A DNA stretch of 51,038 bases, from assembly GCA_003971905.1 (NCBI GenBank), contig RSEE01000154.1:62001-113038 (forward strand). The letters are read 5' to 3'. The notes under the pieces are model-generated. The model was not told the origin of the DNA. It saw only the letters and a list, made by a program, of their open reading frames with translations, and made no database searches. Position 1 is the stretch's first letter. Each line of letters starts with the position of its first letter. The stretch comes from Moniliella sp. 'wahieum' (Eukaryota). Position numbers and translations under genes: made by a program. This document shows, one piece after another, positions 36,787-48,302 of the stretch.

Positions 36787-39700
36787 CTACTCCTCGAGAA
36801 GGCGGGCCAAGGCCCGTTTGCGTGCTTGGGAGCAGTATTTCTCGGGGTGCTGGGTGTGGAACTCGATCACCACTGGAGCCTCATCCCCCATGTCGTTGGC
36901 GGGCACCCAATCGTTCTCTGACTCAGGGAAGCCGACGAAGGAGACCAGGTACTGGAACTGGCGACGGTAGCAACGGGAATCGAGGATGCGCTTGACGAGC
37001 CAGTGTTCTTCGCCTCGCTCAACTTCGGGCGGTGGAGGTAAGGGCTCGTGCCGGGCTGGCACGGCATCGAAGCGGTACGGCTCGAGGGCAGAGATGTTGA
37101 GCACAGGATGGATCTTGATCGACGGGGGAAGGTCAACCACATACGCCCCCTCGTGTACCTTGGCCTTGATCTTAAATGGCCCCAAGTACCTGCGCTCCAA
37201 CGATCCACTCGGCCGAGTTGACGGCACCCGCTCCTGATCAACCAGCACCCAATCTCCCGCTTCCAGCTCCGGCGCCTCGCTCCGCAACCGATCGGCATAG
37301 TGTTTGGCTCTCTTGCGCGCCTGCTCCAAAGCTCCCTTGGCCGTCTCAATCGCCTCGTTCCGAGCCTCTTGATGTTCCTCCCCTGGCTCATTCTCTCGCA
37401 CGGCAGCGACTGGGTCACCTGGTTTGAGCGGCTGGAACCCATGCATGATGTAGAACGGAGACAACCCTGTTGAAGCGGAGCGAGCGGTGTTGAGCGCGAA
37501 GGCGGCTGAGGGAAGGTACTCGACCCAATCGGACTGCAGATGGTTAACGAAATGGCGCAGATGAGTCTTAACCAGATCGACAAACCGCTCCGACTGCCCA
37601 TCGGACTGAGGGTGCTGGGTAGTGGCCATGCTTTGGCGAATGCCATGCTTCTCGCAAAAGCCACGCACCTGGGACGAAGTGAACAACGGCCCTCTGTCGC
37701 TCACGATCTCGGTCGGCAGCCCATACACGTTGAACACCTTCTCCGTCAGCCGCTCAAGCAAACGACCCGCCGTGTCGCCGGAGCTGCACGGGATGAGCAC
37801 CACCATCTTGGACAACCGATCCACCACCACCAGCACCATGTTCAGCGTCTCGCCCTTGCTCCCAAGTCCTCCCTCTGGCAGGGGACCGAAGTGATCCATA
37901 CTGAAGCTTGACCAAGGTCGGGCTGGCACTTCCAACGGTTGCAGTAGACCATAGGGACGATGGCGGCGGCTCTTGACAGTCTGACATGACGAGCACGTTC
38001 CCACATAACGACGCACATCGAAAGTCATTCCTGGCCAATAGTACCAACGCGCCAACTGATCGTACGTGCGCTCTCTTCCCTGGTGGCCAGCCTCGGGCTT
38101 GTCATGGTGGTCGTGGAGCAAGGTATACCGCAGTGCTTCGGATTCGGGCACGTAGATTCTCCCTTGGAAGTAGAGCAACCCGTTGCGCATCTCATACTCC
38201 TGCGGCGCACAACCTTCTTCGACTCGCTCCACGATGGCCTCGTACCCGCTGTCGTGCTCCTTGAGCTCTCGTATGGCTTCAATCACCTCGCCTTCGGGCG
38301 GCTGCTCCTCAACTGCTTCCACTTCGCCCGCATGCGCTTCAACCCCGGCTTGCGGCACCACCTTGGCTCCCGGCAACAGGAGCGACTCATAGTCCTCAAC
38401 ATGCTCCTCTGACTTGGCTCGCAGGATCGGTTGCTTGCGCCACTCGGCTGCATCGGCCGCGCCTTCGCTCTTGGCTTGCTCGACTAGGTCTGGACGACGA
38501 GATAATCCATCCGCAGCACCATTCTTCGACCCGGGACGATAAATCATCCTTGGTTGGTAGGCCGAAAGAAACACGCGCCAGCTCGCTTGCCGGCGGTTCC
38601 GCTGCCCTTCGTCGTTGTAGCTCACCAGATTCTTGTGGTCGGTCACCAACTCCAACTCCGGGGCCGACTCCACCAGATGCCGAAAGACCTTGAGCGCCGT
38701 GATTAGGGGTAACAACTCTTGATCTCCTACTCCCCAGCGTTGCTCGGCGGGCGTAAGCTTCCTTGACCAATAGGCTATGGGGCGCTGCCGGCCCTCGTGA
38801 GGCTGAGAGAGGACCGCTGCCACGGCATAGCCACTCGCGTCCGACTCGATTCTCAAAGGCTTGTTCTGGTCGAAGGGCGCCAGCACTGGGGCTTGAGTAA
38901 ACGCTTCCTTGAGACGATCGAAACAACGTTGGTGCTCGGGGGTCCATTCCCAACGCTGACCCTTGTGAAGCAATTGGGTCAGGGCGCGGCGGTGTACTGC
39001 GAGTAGGACGGCACGTAGATTCTCCAGAAGTTCATAAACCCTAAAGCGCGGAGCAACTCCTTCGGCGACTTGGGCGTGGGCCAATCCAACACTGCCTTGA
39101 CCCGATCGACCTCCATGGATAAGCCTAGTGTGCCCACCCGATGCCCCAAGAACGAAATGGAATCTTGGAAGAACTTGCACTTGTCAATGCCAACCACCAG
39201 ATGGTTGTCGGCTAGACGCTTCAGAACCTCTTTGACCACTCGAACATGCTCACCTCGATCATTGTGCACGATCGCGAGATCATCCAGGTAGCAGAAGACG
39301 TGCGTGTCGATAAAGTCCGATAGCACCGCGTTGATGAGGGTAGTGAAGGTGGAACCCGCTCCTTGCAAGCCAAACGGCATCACATTGGAAACGAAAGAAC
39401 CGAATTTGGTACCCACTGCGGTATACGGAACAGACTTGGGGGCAACTCGGACCAGGTTGTAGGCGCTCTTGAGATCCAACTGGGTGTAGTACTTCCACCC
39501 CGACAGGCGCTGGAGCGTTTCGTCGATGAGGGGAAGAGGCACTCTTTTCTTGACAGACCTAGCGTTCACGCCACGTAGATCCGTCACGACTCTGACCTCT
39601 CCCGACTTCTTGCGAACGAATAGCACCGGGGAGCGCCACGCGGATGTGGACCGGCTAATCCACCCTCTGGCCAGGTTTGAACGGATCCACTCGGCCAGCA

Positions 39701-40768
39701 CTGCCGATTCCGTAGTGGACAGAGGATAGATCTTGCCGAAGAAAGGCTTGACACCCGGTAGGAGCTCTATCTCGTGGTCATAACCGGGACGCAACGGGGG
39801 TAGACGATTGAGCCGATTCTCGTCAAAGGCATCTAGGCAATCCGCGAATTCTGGGGGCACGAGCTTGGCAATCTCCTCAAGGGGGCGCGGCTTCGGAGGC
39901 TCGGGGAAAACCCCATCCACTGGGTCATCAACATCCAACTGCCGGGGCCTGGGTCCTCGACCATACGCAACTCGTTGGGCATCGTACTGACGGCGCGCTC
40001 CTCCACCGGCTCGTCATCCGCGTCCGCCTCGGTCTCCGCTTGAGCAACTTGAATCTCTCCGGGCGTAGCCACCACCTCGCCCTGATCGTCAACCCACACT
40101 TGGCCGACTAGGAGATCATCGTCTCGTTGAAGCTCGTGATTGAACCGGGAGGCCGAGACTAAACGTATGTCCATGATACCACAACACTCGATCGAGGGGC
40201 CATCGCCCTGGAAGCTAAGCTCGGCTGAACCATCTCGAGCGAAAGAGAGCGACACATCGTTGGCGTAAAGGAAGTCGGTACCCAAGACCGCTGGATAGCG
40301 CGGAATCGACGTAACGAGGAACTCGTGGCTGAACGTTCGGCCGCCCAGGTTGAAAGACAGAAGGCAAGAGTGAGTAACCTGGCCTGAGCAGCTTCTTCTT
40401 CCGTCCAGTAGCCGCACCTGGAGGGGGGCGGAGAGTGGATTCATGACGTACCCGTGTTTGCGCACTTCCGCGCGGTCAATAAACGATCTCTCGGCCCCCG
40501 TGTCCACTAGGCTTAACGTGGTTTGCGTGCCCAACTCCGTCTGGAAACATGTAGGCGCGGTCGCTAGGCGACCATCTTGACGGAGGAGGTGGACGTGGCA
40601 CACATCCACGGCGGGGCCCTTGCCCCTAGTTGCGCGCCTGCCCCGGCGCGCCCGACGACGAGCCGCCCTCTTGGCCCGTCTGGCTCGACCCCCCTTGGTT
40701 CGAGCCGTTCGAATTGGAATTCCCTTGGGGCCGAAACCGACGGCCACGCCGCCCGGAGCGCTGACCAT
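36787..40768 (-). CDS. pol: Pol polyprotein: protease, RT, RNase H, integrase, chromodomain (two internal -1 breaks near 39950 and 38985)
   Basis: LVDTGAERSFID (protease); LDLKSAY, MPFGL, YLDD (RT); ESDASGYAVAAVL, TDHKNL (RNase H); HD..AGH...CSSCQ, MDHF, SDRG, DGQSER (integrase); YLGPFKI (GPY/F); WLVKRILD...YLVSFVGF..SENDWVP (chromodomain). Confidence 0.96.
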
Positions 40769-41711
40769 TACGGCCCAAGGGGCACTCGTTACGCCAATGA
40801 CCCGATTCTCCGCAACGCATGCAGAGGTCGTTGTTGCGGCGGCGAGCGTACTCTTCGTCGCTGATTCGAGGCCGACGCCCCTGGGGACGGACCTCCGCTC
40901 CGTCTAAGTCCATCGGCTCGTAGTCATGGTTGCTGTTGCTGTTGCTGTTGCTGTTGCGCGAGCGCGACTGGAAGCTGTGGTTGTTCCACCGCGAGTTGCT
41001 GGAACGGTCGCTGCCGGGCAGAAGATCTTTCGACAGCTCGGTGCGGGTAGCCCACTCGATTAAATCATCCAGCTCTTGAAAATGCATCGACGCGTTGACG
41101 TAGAAGTAGGCCCGACGTAATTCCGGAGACATGCCTTGTTTGAAAAGACTGATCGCCGTTGCGGGTTGGCCGCGATACGCCTCAATCTCGCTGAGAATGT
41201 CTTGGAACTTATCCGCGTACTGACCGACCGTCATGTTCCCCTGCTTGAGCGCGAACAGTCGCTGCATGGCATGCTCCTCTGCCTGCATATCCCCGAAGCG
41301 ACGGAGGAAAACCGTACGGAAGGCGGACCAGCTGTAGAGATGGTGGTAACGGGCGGCTTCGTCAGGGCCAATGTCAGCTCCCTCATGGCCATGGATACGA
41401 TTAAACTCGCTGGTTTGGTGACGGGTCCACGTCGAGGTTGAGTCTGGCATGCGCAGCAACGCCAGATGAATAAGGGTGGTGTTGTCTCGAACACCGGCTT
41501 GATTGGCCACACTCTGGATCCGGTCCAGGAAAAGGCACGCGGCTGCATGGTCGTTTACGTTGTTGCCCGTGTGGGCGAAAAGAGGAAAATCGCTCAGGCG
41601 GAAGGTACGACTACTGGGACCGGCGGTCCACGTCGGTGCTGGGACGGGCTGATTGCCCGGCGCGTGCTGGCTCTGGTAAAGGCCTGAAATCGGTTCGCTT
41701 GGCTGACTCAT
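40626..41711 (-). CDS. gag: Gag with CCHC zinc knuckle
   Basis: ATG 41711 (MSQPSEPISG); retrotransposon-gag motif LKQGNMTVGQYADKF; EPMDLD; CMRCGESGHWRNEC; TAG at 40626-40628. Confidence 0.93.
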   Translation of the reverse strand: MSQPSEPISGLYQSQHAPGNQPVPAPTWTAGPSSRTFRLSDFPLFAHTGNNVNDHAAACLFLDRIQSVANQAGVRDNTTLIHLALLRMPDSTSTWTRHQTSEFNRIHGHEGADIGPDEAARYHHLYSWSAFRTVFLRRFGDMQAEEHAMQRLFALKQGNMTVGQYADKFQDILSEIEAYRGQPATAISLFKQGMSPELRRAYFYVNASMHFQELDDLIEWATRTELSKDLLPGSDRSSNSRWNNHSFQSRSRNSNSNSNSNHDYEPMDLDGAEVRPQGRRPRISDEEYARRRNNDLCMRCGESGHWRNECPLGRNGQRSGRRGRRFRPQGNSNSNGSNQGGSSQTGQEGGSSSGAPGQARN

Positions 41712-41900
41712 GAGTCTCAGAAACCTGAGGACCAAACGGGGAGAGGGAAAGGTGCGGTAGAAACACCCTGGGACGAAGAGACTGTGGGGAAACGCTTGGG
41801 GGGAGAAAAGCGGTGGACTGCGAAAGACACGACCAGCGTGGGAGTCAGCGGGGCCAGCCCAATAACGAAGAACCCTGAGGACCTGCCGAGGGAACCCCGG

Positions 41901-41910
41901 ACCCTCCATT
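41901..41910 (-). other. Primer-binding site of self-priming (Tf1/sushi) type
   Basis: Minus-strand AATGGAGGGT begins 1 nt after the 5' LTR and is the exact complement of LTR-internal ACCCTCCATT (minus strand of 42343-42352). Confidence 0.75.
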
Positions 41911-41911
41911 A

Positions 41912-42734
41912 TGTCACGGGCGGGCCCCGCCAGGGGGCTCACCCAGGTTCTTGGGGTACAATCCCTTAGGAGACGGAAGGACGACTCACGGTAGTTTCGG
42001 GCTTGGGCTGGTTGGTGTATCCGAGCGGAGCTAGGGACGAGGAGAGGCCTTTGGTGGGGCGGCTGCACGTGTGGCAAGGCTGCGTCTGCACCGGCTTGGG
42101 CCGTAGTAACGTGTCTGAAGCCTCCGGGACTTAGGGACGGGAGGAGGCAGCGGCGGACAAACACTGCCTTAACTGAGACTGGGAATCGCCGCGGCCAAAG
42201 GAGGGCTCGCGCGATGGGGTTGACGAGGGGCTGGAGGACGAGGTCGGAGGAGAAGTCGGACGCTAACAAGAAGAGCTGCCTGTACTGGATCAATTGGCTG
42301 GAAACGGGCAGGAGTCGGACAGGATAGGCGGGAAAGGGACGAAATGGAGGGTGGAGGAAAAGATCCCCCACCCACCGGGGGTACAGGCTTAATCGAAAAA
42401 GGGGAAACAGACACAAAAGGGGGTGTAGAAAGAAAGGCACGTCAAAAGAGGGGTTGATCGCCGCAGGCGCGATCGAGAAAGGAAAATAAGTGGTGACGGG
42501 CGACGGACGTCGCAAAGATACTGAATACTTGGTGGTCTCGTTTTGACCACCGACTTGGACTTGGGCGGGAGGCGACTACTGTCGCGCGTACGCATGGCAA
42601 CTCGGACCCCGTACAGGGTACAACCAACCATCGTCAAACGTGGTTGGGCTTGGGGGCGCGCTCCACTGGGTTGGTGCAGAGCAGGCGGGCCTTAGCTAGG
42701 ATCAGACCATCTTGGATCGACGCGGCCCGTAACA
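41912..42734 (-). repeat. 5' LTR
   Basis: Same sequence as 35876-36698; by eye only about four single-base indels differ. Confidence 0.97.
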
Positions 42735-44669
42735 GAGGCCCTTCTCCCTTGTCTTCCCCGTCTCCCACGTCCCTGTATCGTATACCAGGATGGGAATCAT
42801 AATCCAAGAATTGCCGCTGCCCAGTGAGGAGCAAGAAAATTTATGCCTGGAATAGTCGTCGCCAAGGCGCAGCTTGGTCATGTCCACCTGAGCAAGAAGG
42901 AAGGGGCGGGTCGTCTTTTTACCTCTGTCAGTGTTGTGCTCTCGTCGTGGGCCAGGTTATTCCCGATCTCGTTCCACGAGTCGCTGTCAGCGTCGTGTTG
43001 CCCCAAGACGGAAAGATAGGCGTGGCAATGCCAAGCAGGTGAACAGATTCGCCAAGGTACATGTGAATAGCCGAAGCGCACCGGTGCTTGATCATCGGCT
43101 GGGTCACTTGTGTCAGCTCGTGAATTCGATCAGATCCCATTTCGTCCCGTGTGGTTTTCCAATGAAACCGCCCATGAAGTCATGAACCATCCATCGCCTT
43201 GGGGGACCGGGACTGGGGATACAGTGACATCTTGGAGCGGATGGACGGGTTCGGGAACATGACCTGAACAACGCGGTCGACCGCAGGGCAATGTACGTCG
43301 GATCCTGATGAAAAAACTGCCCCGATGCACGAGGCTGGTGCACCAGCTCGATTGCCTTGTTGAGCGAGCAGAGACACAGTTCTGCTGGCACGAATGTGGT
43401 CTTTATACTCGCGTAACGATACAGTTGGACTGACGCTGTATATTAATACCCACTGTCACGATTATATCACAGGTGCACAACGTAAGAAGAACGATAATAA
43501 ATGGTCGGGCAGCACGGGGTCGCAGTGAGCTGGCAGTGGCTAGGGCAACACTAGCGCCGTGCGGGTGCACCACCGCTGGCTGCGCCCATAACTCGACGCA
43601 GCTGCGCCGATCCGCTTGCCTCTCGACTACCCCACCGCCGCAACCGCCTCTCTCTCGCTGTGGCCACACACTGCTACCTATGAGATAAAGCCATGTGCAA
43701 GGCTCGTGCCAACAACCGTGCGCACTACTGAGCACTGCTATGCCCCCCGCTGATGTGCCTAACCTCTCGGCATATATCCACACCCTCTCAATGAGGTGAT
43801 CCCCGTCGTACTGACTCGCCTGGGCGCAGCAACCGGAACCGAGGCAGCCACGCCTGGTGGCATGGTCTTGCCTGGTATCCGTCGCATCTAGATGTCGGTC
43901 ATCTGAGTGCCTCCCAACAGGAGCGAGTTGAAGGTCAATGACGGGGGCGCTTCGAGCGGACGGTGACGATGACTGTTGCCCCTGCCGCCGGGGCTCGACG
44001 ACGGGTACCTGTGCTTTGTTCTTGTCCACCGCAAGATTATGGAAATTGTGTTGTGATAGTCCAGAGGTAGTCAACAGATAATCTTGCCGGGAGGTCCGCG
44101 ATGCTAGAGTGCGGCTTGGGGAGAACTCAGCGATCCTACGGATCAGCTGCCAAGCAGCCTTCAGACAAGGCGTGAGGGCAAAGCCGTGAGTCACAAGTCT
44201 TGTAGCAACGACAGAAAAGGAAATGAGGCTCAATAGGAGGGAGAGTACGCAGCCTGAGAGCGGAACTCTACCGCCGCAAGTGTCAGCGATCAACTTGATG
44301 GATGCGAGCGGAAGAGATGGAGGTGAGCGCGGAGTTACTTTGATCGGATGTAGGAGAAGGCTTCTCGTATAGATCTTAGCGGCGCACTAATTCGCTGCTC
44401 CACAGCGGCTGCTAACCGAATGGGCACGCACCGGAGTTGCGGCAACGGCACGCCTTAATCAGGGGTGTTCGCCACGACAAATAAGGGGCCACTATGATGA
44501 AGCGCACGCACGGTTGGTATGTATAGACACACGTGGCCACATTTACCTCTTTCCGCTTCACCCTCTCCACCACCTCTATCCCACGGGGGGCGTTCTGTCG
44601 CCAGCTGCTGCCACACACCGCCACTTCTTCCCGTTGGTTGCCTCCAGAGTACAACCACTCCTCCTTCCC

Positions 44670-47477
44670 ATGCGGAACGCCATGCCCGCTGCCAATGCTA
44701 CGCCGCGGCCGTCGCACCTCTCCAACGACGACCTTGATCGAGAGCCGCTGACGGCAAACGGAGAGGGCATTATTCACGTTGAAACAGCGTCAATTGGCGA
44801 CACCCCCCCTCCCATCCGCCCTACTTCCGTCAACCCAAGCGACTTTCATGAGTATTGGCTTGCACACCAGAACGAACAACAAGACATCATGGACCTTGAC
44901 TGTGAATCAACCTTCGAGATGACCCATCAGCGTTCTGGATACGATGCGAAAACGGGCCAGAGCAGTTGCTCGAGCAAACATACCACCCACAATGGAACCA
45001 CCCCCATCCCCGTTGTCAACGAAGAAAATGGATATGATACAGACGGTGGTCTTAACCAAGCCATTTCCTCTCTGCCCGAAGTTCGCTCTACAGTGCCCAA
45101 CCAGGATGACCCGTCACTGCCCATCAACACGCTGCGTGTTTGGCTAATTGGATCCACGCTTACAGTCGGACTATCGGTATTGTACTTTGAGCTGGACATT
45201 GTCTTTACCCGTGGCGATGCTTCGACGCTGCTGGGGTCCGTCTTTATACAGCCTTTCGCATATGGGGTGGGCCTGCTCATGTCCAAGATTCCCTATCCCG
45301 ACCACTGGCCATACAAACGCTTCTTCAATCCCGGTCCCTTCAATTGCAAGGAACATGCGTGAGCTCGATCCTCTCCTATCTGCATCTCAAGCCTCTCTGC
45401 TCTATATTAGTGACTCTAACCCCTTGTTATTGAAGGCTCCTTACCATCATTGCTGGAATCACCACGGGCCCTAACCAGACCCTTCTGATGCTTGCCGCCT
45501 TGTCGAACGCGCATTGCCAAGCCTCCGTGCATTGCCACCACCATCCACCAGTACCATGGCAACGTGGATTTATCGTTCTTCTCTCCATTGCCGCTCCTCT
45601 CATCGGCTTCCCTCTTGCCAACCTGGCCCACAAGGTGCTTGTCTGGCCCGAGGAGCTCGTCTGGCCCGTGCAGCTTGAGACGTCGCTGTGCTGACTGCGT
45701 TGCACGGGATTCGGGTTGCCCATTGGCCTATGCGATCGGTATTTTGGGGCACACTAGTGCTCATTTCTGCATGGGAGTGGGTGCCACGGTTCTTTTTCAC
45801 GCCATTGCAAACATTCAGCTTCTTACCTTGGATGGCTCCCGATTCGTTCACCATCAACCTCATATTTGGTGGCGATGGTGGTCTGGGCCTGCACATGCTC
45901 TCCCTCGATTGGTACGAGGTTGTGACGGGCATGGGACTGTCTCCCTTGATTGTCCCTCCGCATGTTCTTGTATGCGTATTAATAGGGGTCATTTTGGCTG
46001 GATGTGTGGTCGGGGTGGCGCTCATGTGTACCAATACTCAGCACATGGCCAATATCCCCTTCACTTCTAGGGATCCTTTTGATTACATTGCGGGGACGTA
46101 CCAGTACCTCAGCCTCCACGCAGATAATCTTTCCCTGGAGGAGCCAATCGGGTTTTCATCAAATGACTATAACGATTATTCGTTTCCGTACTTGACCGCC
46201 ATGGGTGTTACGGCCATTTTCTTCTCCTTTATTGCGGTTTCATCTGTGCTGGTTTATGTCGGACTTTTCTATGGGGCTGATATTCTACACTGGCTACGGC
46301 GCAAGCCACCTAGCGCGTACGATCCTCACACGCGTGCTATTCTGTCCAACTATAAACGTGTACCTGCATGGTGGAATCTTGTGCTCTTAGGTCTGTGCCT
46401 CGCCTTTTCCATTCCAGTAATTCACGCGTACCATACAGGGTTCCCCGTCTGGGGCTTGATCGTTGCTCTTCTTCTGGCCTCCGTGTTTCTCGTTCCGATC
46501 TGCCTAGTTCAGGGTATCACAGGGGTCCAAATCTTCTTCGTCACTTTTCATGTCTCCTTGCAGGCCTGATATTCGAGCACAACACTTCTGCTCGTTCTGT
46601 TCAGCCTATTCAGCAGCAATGTGGTCCAGCAAGCGGCGCTCTTTGCTGGCGGCTCCAAACTGTGCCATTACTTTAAGATTCCTCCCCGTACCAACTTTCT
46701 TGTCCAAGTTGGTGTGCAGTTTGTCTGTGGCGTGGTCCATGCTGGGTTCTGGATTCAGCGAGAGAAAGCGACAAGGCATGATAAGTGGGGTTTTTGGTAC
46801 CCAACAGTGCTGCATCCAATCTGTTTCCGTACGAGGCCGATGTGGAATACTGGGCGGTGTGGGCCAAAGGATGGATTTCTACGTCTCTACTCTTGGACTT
46901 TGTATGGCTTCTTGATTGGCGCCTTCCTACCCCTCCCAGTCTATGCTTTATCGCTATGGCGGCCGATGATTTACCGCATCAGACTAGCCTGGATCGTTGT
47001 GCCGGTGATATTTGGGTGCGTCTCCAACTGGACGTCCAACAATGCGATTAGCTACACTTCTTGGGTCTTCTTTGGCCTACTGTTTTCCTACTGTTTCAAC
47101 CGTGCGCGGCAAAGCAACTGGCTCTCGTGCGTCCCCCCCTCCCTTAACAAAATTGGCTATCGTCTTTTCTCTTACTGACAATTCCCTCCGCCGCCGGGCA
47201 TGTGACAGGATGAAATATACTCTCTGGTGCCCTCTCCATCGGCTCGTCGCTCACTTGCATGCTCGCGATGGGCATCTTGCAGAAATACTCGCTCAACCGA
47301 AACACGGATTCCCGATTTGGTGCATCAGCAGTGAACGACAATACGTGGCAATACAGCGGGCTGGTGTATGACAACGATTGGACAGGTGCCGTATTTGCGC
47401 CCACACCTAATGGGACGGTGTGTGCGAACACGACATACACTTAGGTGGTCTCCTCGACGGGTGGTGTGTACCGCTGA
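44670..47477 (+). CDS. OPT-family oligopeptide transporter, copy 4 (two introns; frameshifted in assembly)
   Basis: Motifs EVRSTVPNQDDPSLPINTLRVW, NPGPFNCKEHA followed by a GT intron (45359-~45435), LVWPEELVWP, DPHTRAILSNYKRVPAWW and KLCHYFKIPPR. The C-terminus is collinear with copy 2. Confidence 0.93.
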
Positions 47478-48302
47478 TCACCAACGGCAGCATTGCCCAC
47501 GCGTGATTGTAAGGGATACTAGAGGAGAAGGTGAAGTCGCACTGTCCCTCTCTTATGCCACACAAGTACGTTTTTTGTTTAGGCTCTTTTGGGCCCACGT
47601 ACCTTTCATTATATGTTCCACCAGTTATTCCCTTTGGGGAACTTTGACAACCGCCGTTTCGATTTCTTACACCCCTACTCTGCCAGGGGAGGTTCATTGT
47701 GAAGAGTCAAAAATGCGCGTGGTTTTTGTGTTCCGGCTTTTTTCCCTATATCCTGTGGATTATACACACCACGGTTGGGTAGAAATGGGGTATACTAGTA
47801 CCAGTTTTATTACAGGTCTCATCGTTGGACACGTTGGACTGAAGCAGAAGGCCCTTGTCAATGAGGGTTTGTTTGGAATGTGCGATTTTGTATGAGACGA
47901 AGAGTTGGAGGGACAGTCATAAGTTGTCATGAGGGAAGATGGGCCGGTGAGCCTAGAGAATTGAGTCTTCGCGCTCTTTTCCGCCTTCTTCCGTCACCGG
48001 AAAAAGTTCTACTTCCAGGCTCAAAGATGACTTTGACCCTTTCCCTTTTCCTCCTGTTACAAACACTTGAAGTGGTATTCCTTTTGCCCCAATAAAACCC
48101 TTCTGATAACGAAATGCCTCTCATGCGTCCAACCGTATTTGTACAACGAAACAATCCAAAGATATGAGCTGGGGAGAGAGAATGGATATAGAGATCACAA
48201 GAAAGCATGTGTGAAGCAGGCCGGGCATGATAGTTTTTTCGTGTTGGTCTGGTCTGGAGTTCGTTGGATGCGTCAAAGGGGGGGGGGGGGGGGGCGGGGG
48301 GC

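Larger units (their letters stand above)
35876..42734 (-). mobile_element. Full-length Ty3/gypsy LTR retrotransposon (chromovirus), 6859 bp
   Basis: Two 823-bp LTRs bounded TG...CA; perfect 5-bp TSD GAGGC (35871-35875 and 42735-42739); domain order gag-PR-RT-RH-IN-chromodomain. Confidence 0.98.

Noticed and set aside
41712..42515. N-terminal 268-aa extension of gag in the ORF track
   Set aside because: It is LTR and leader sequence read from a non-ATG start; gag most plausibly begins at ATG 41711
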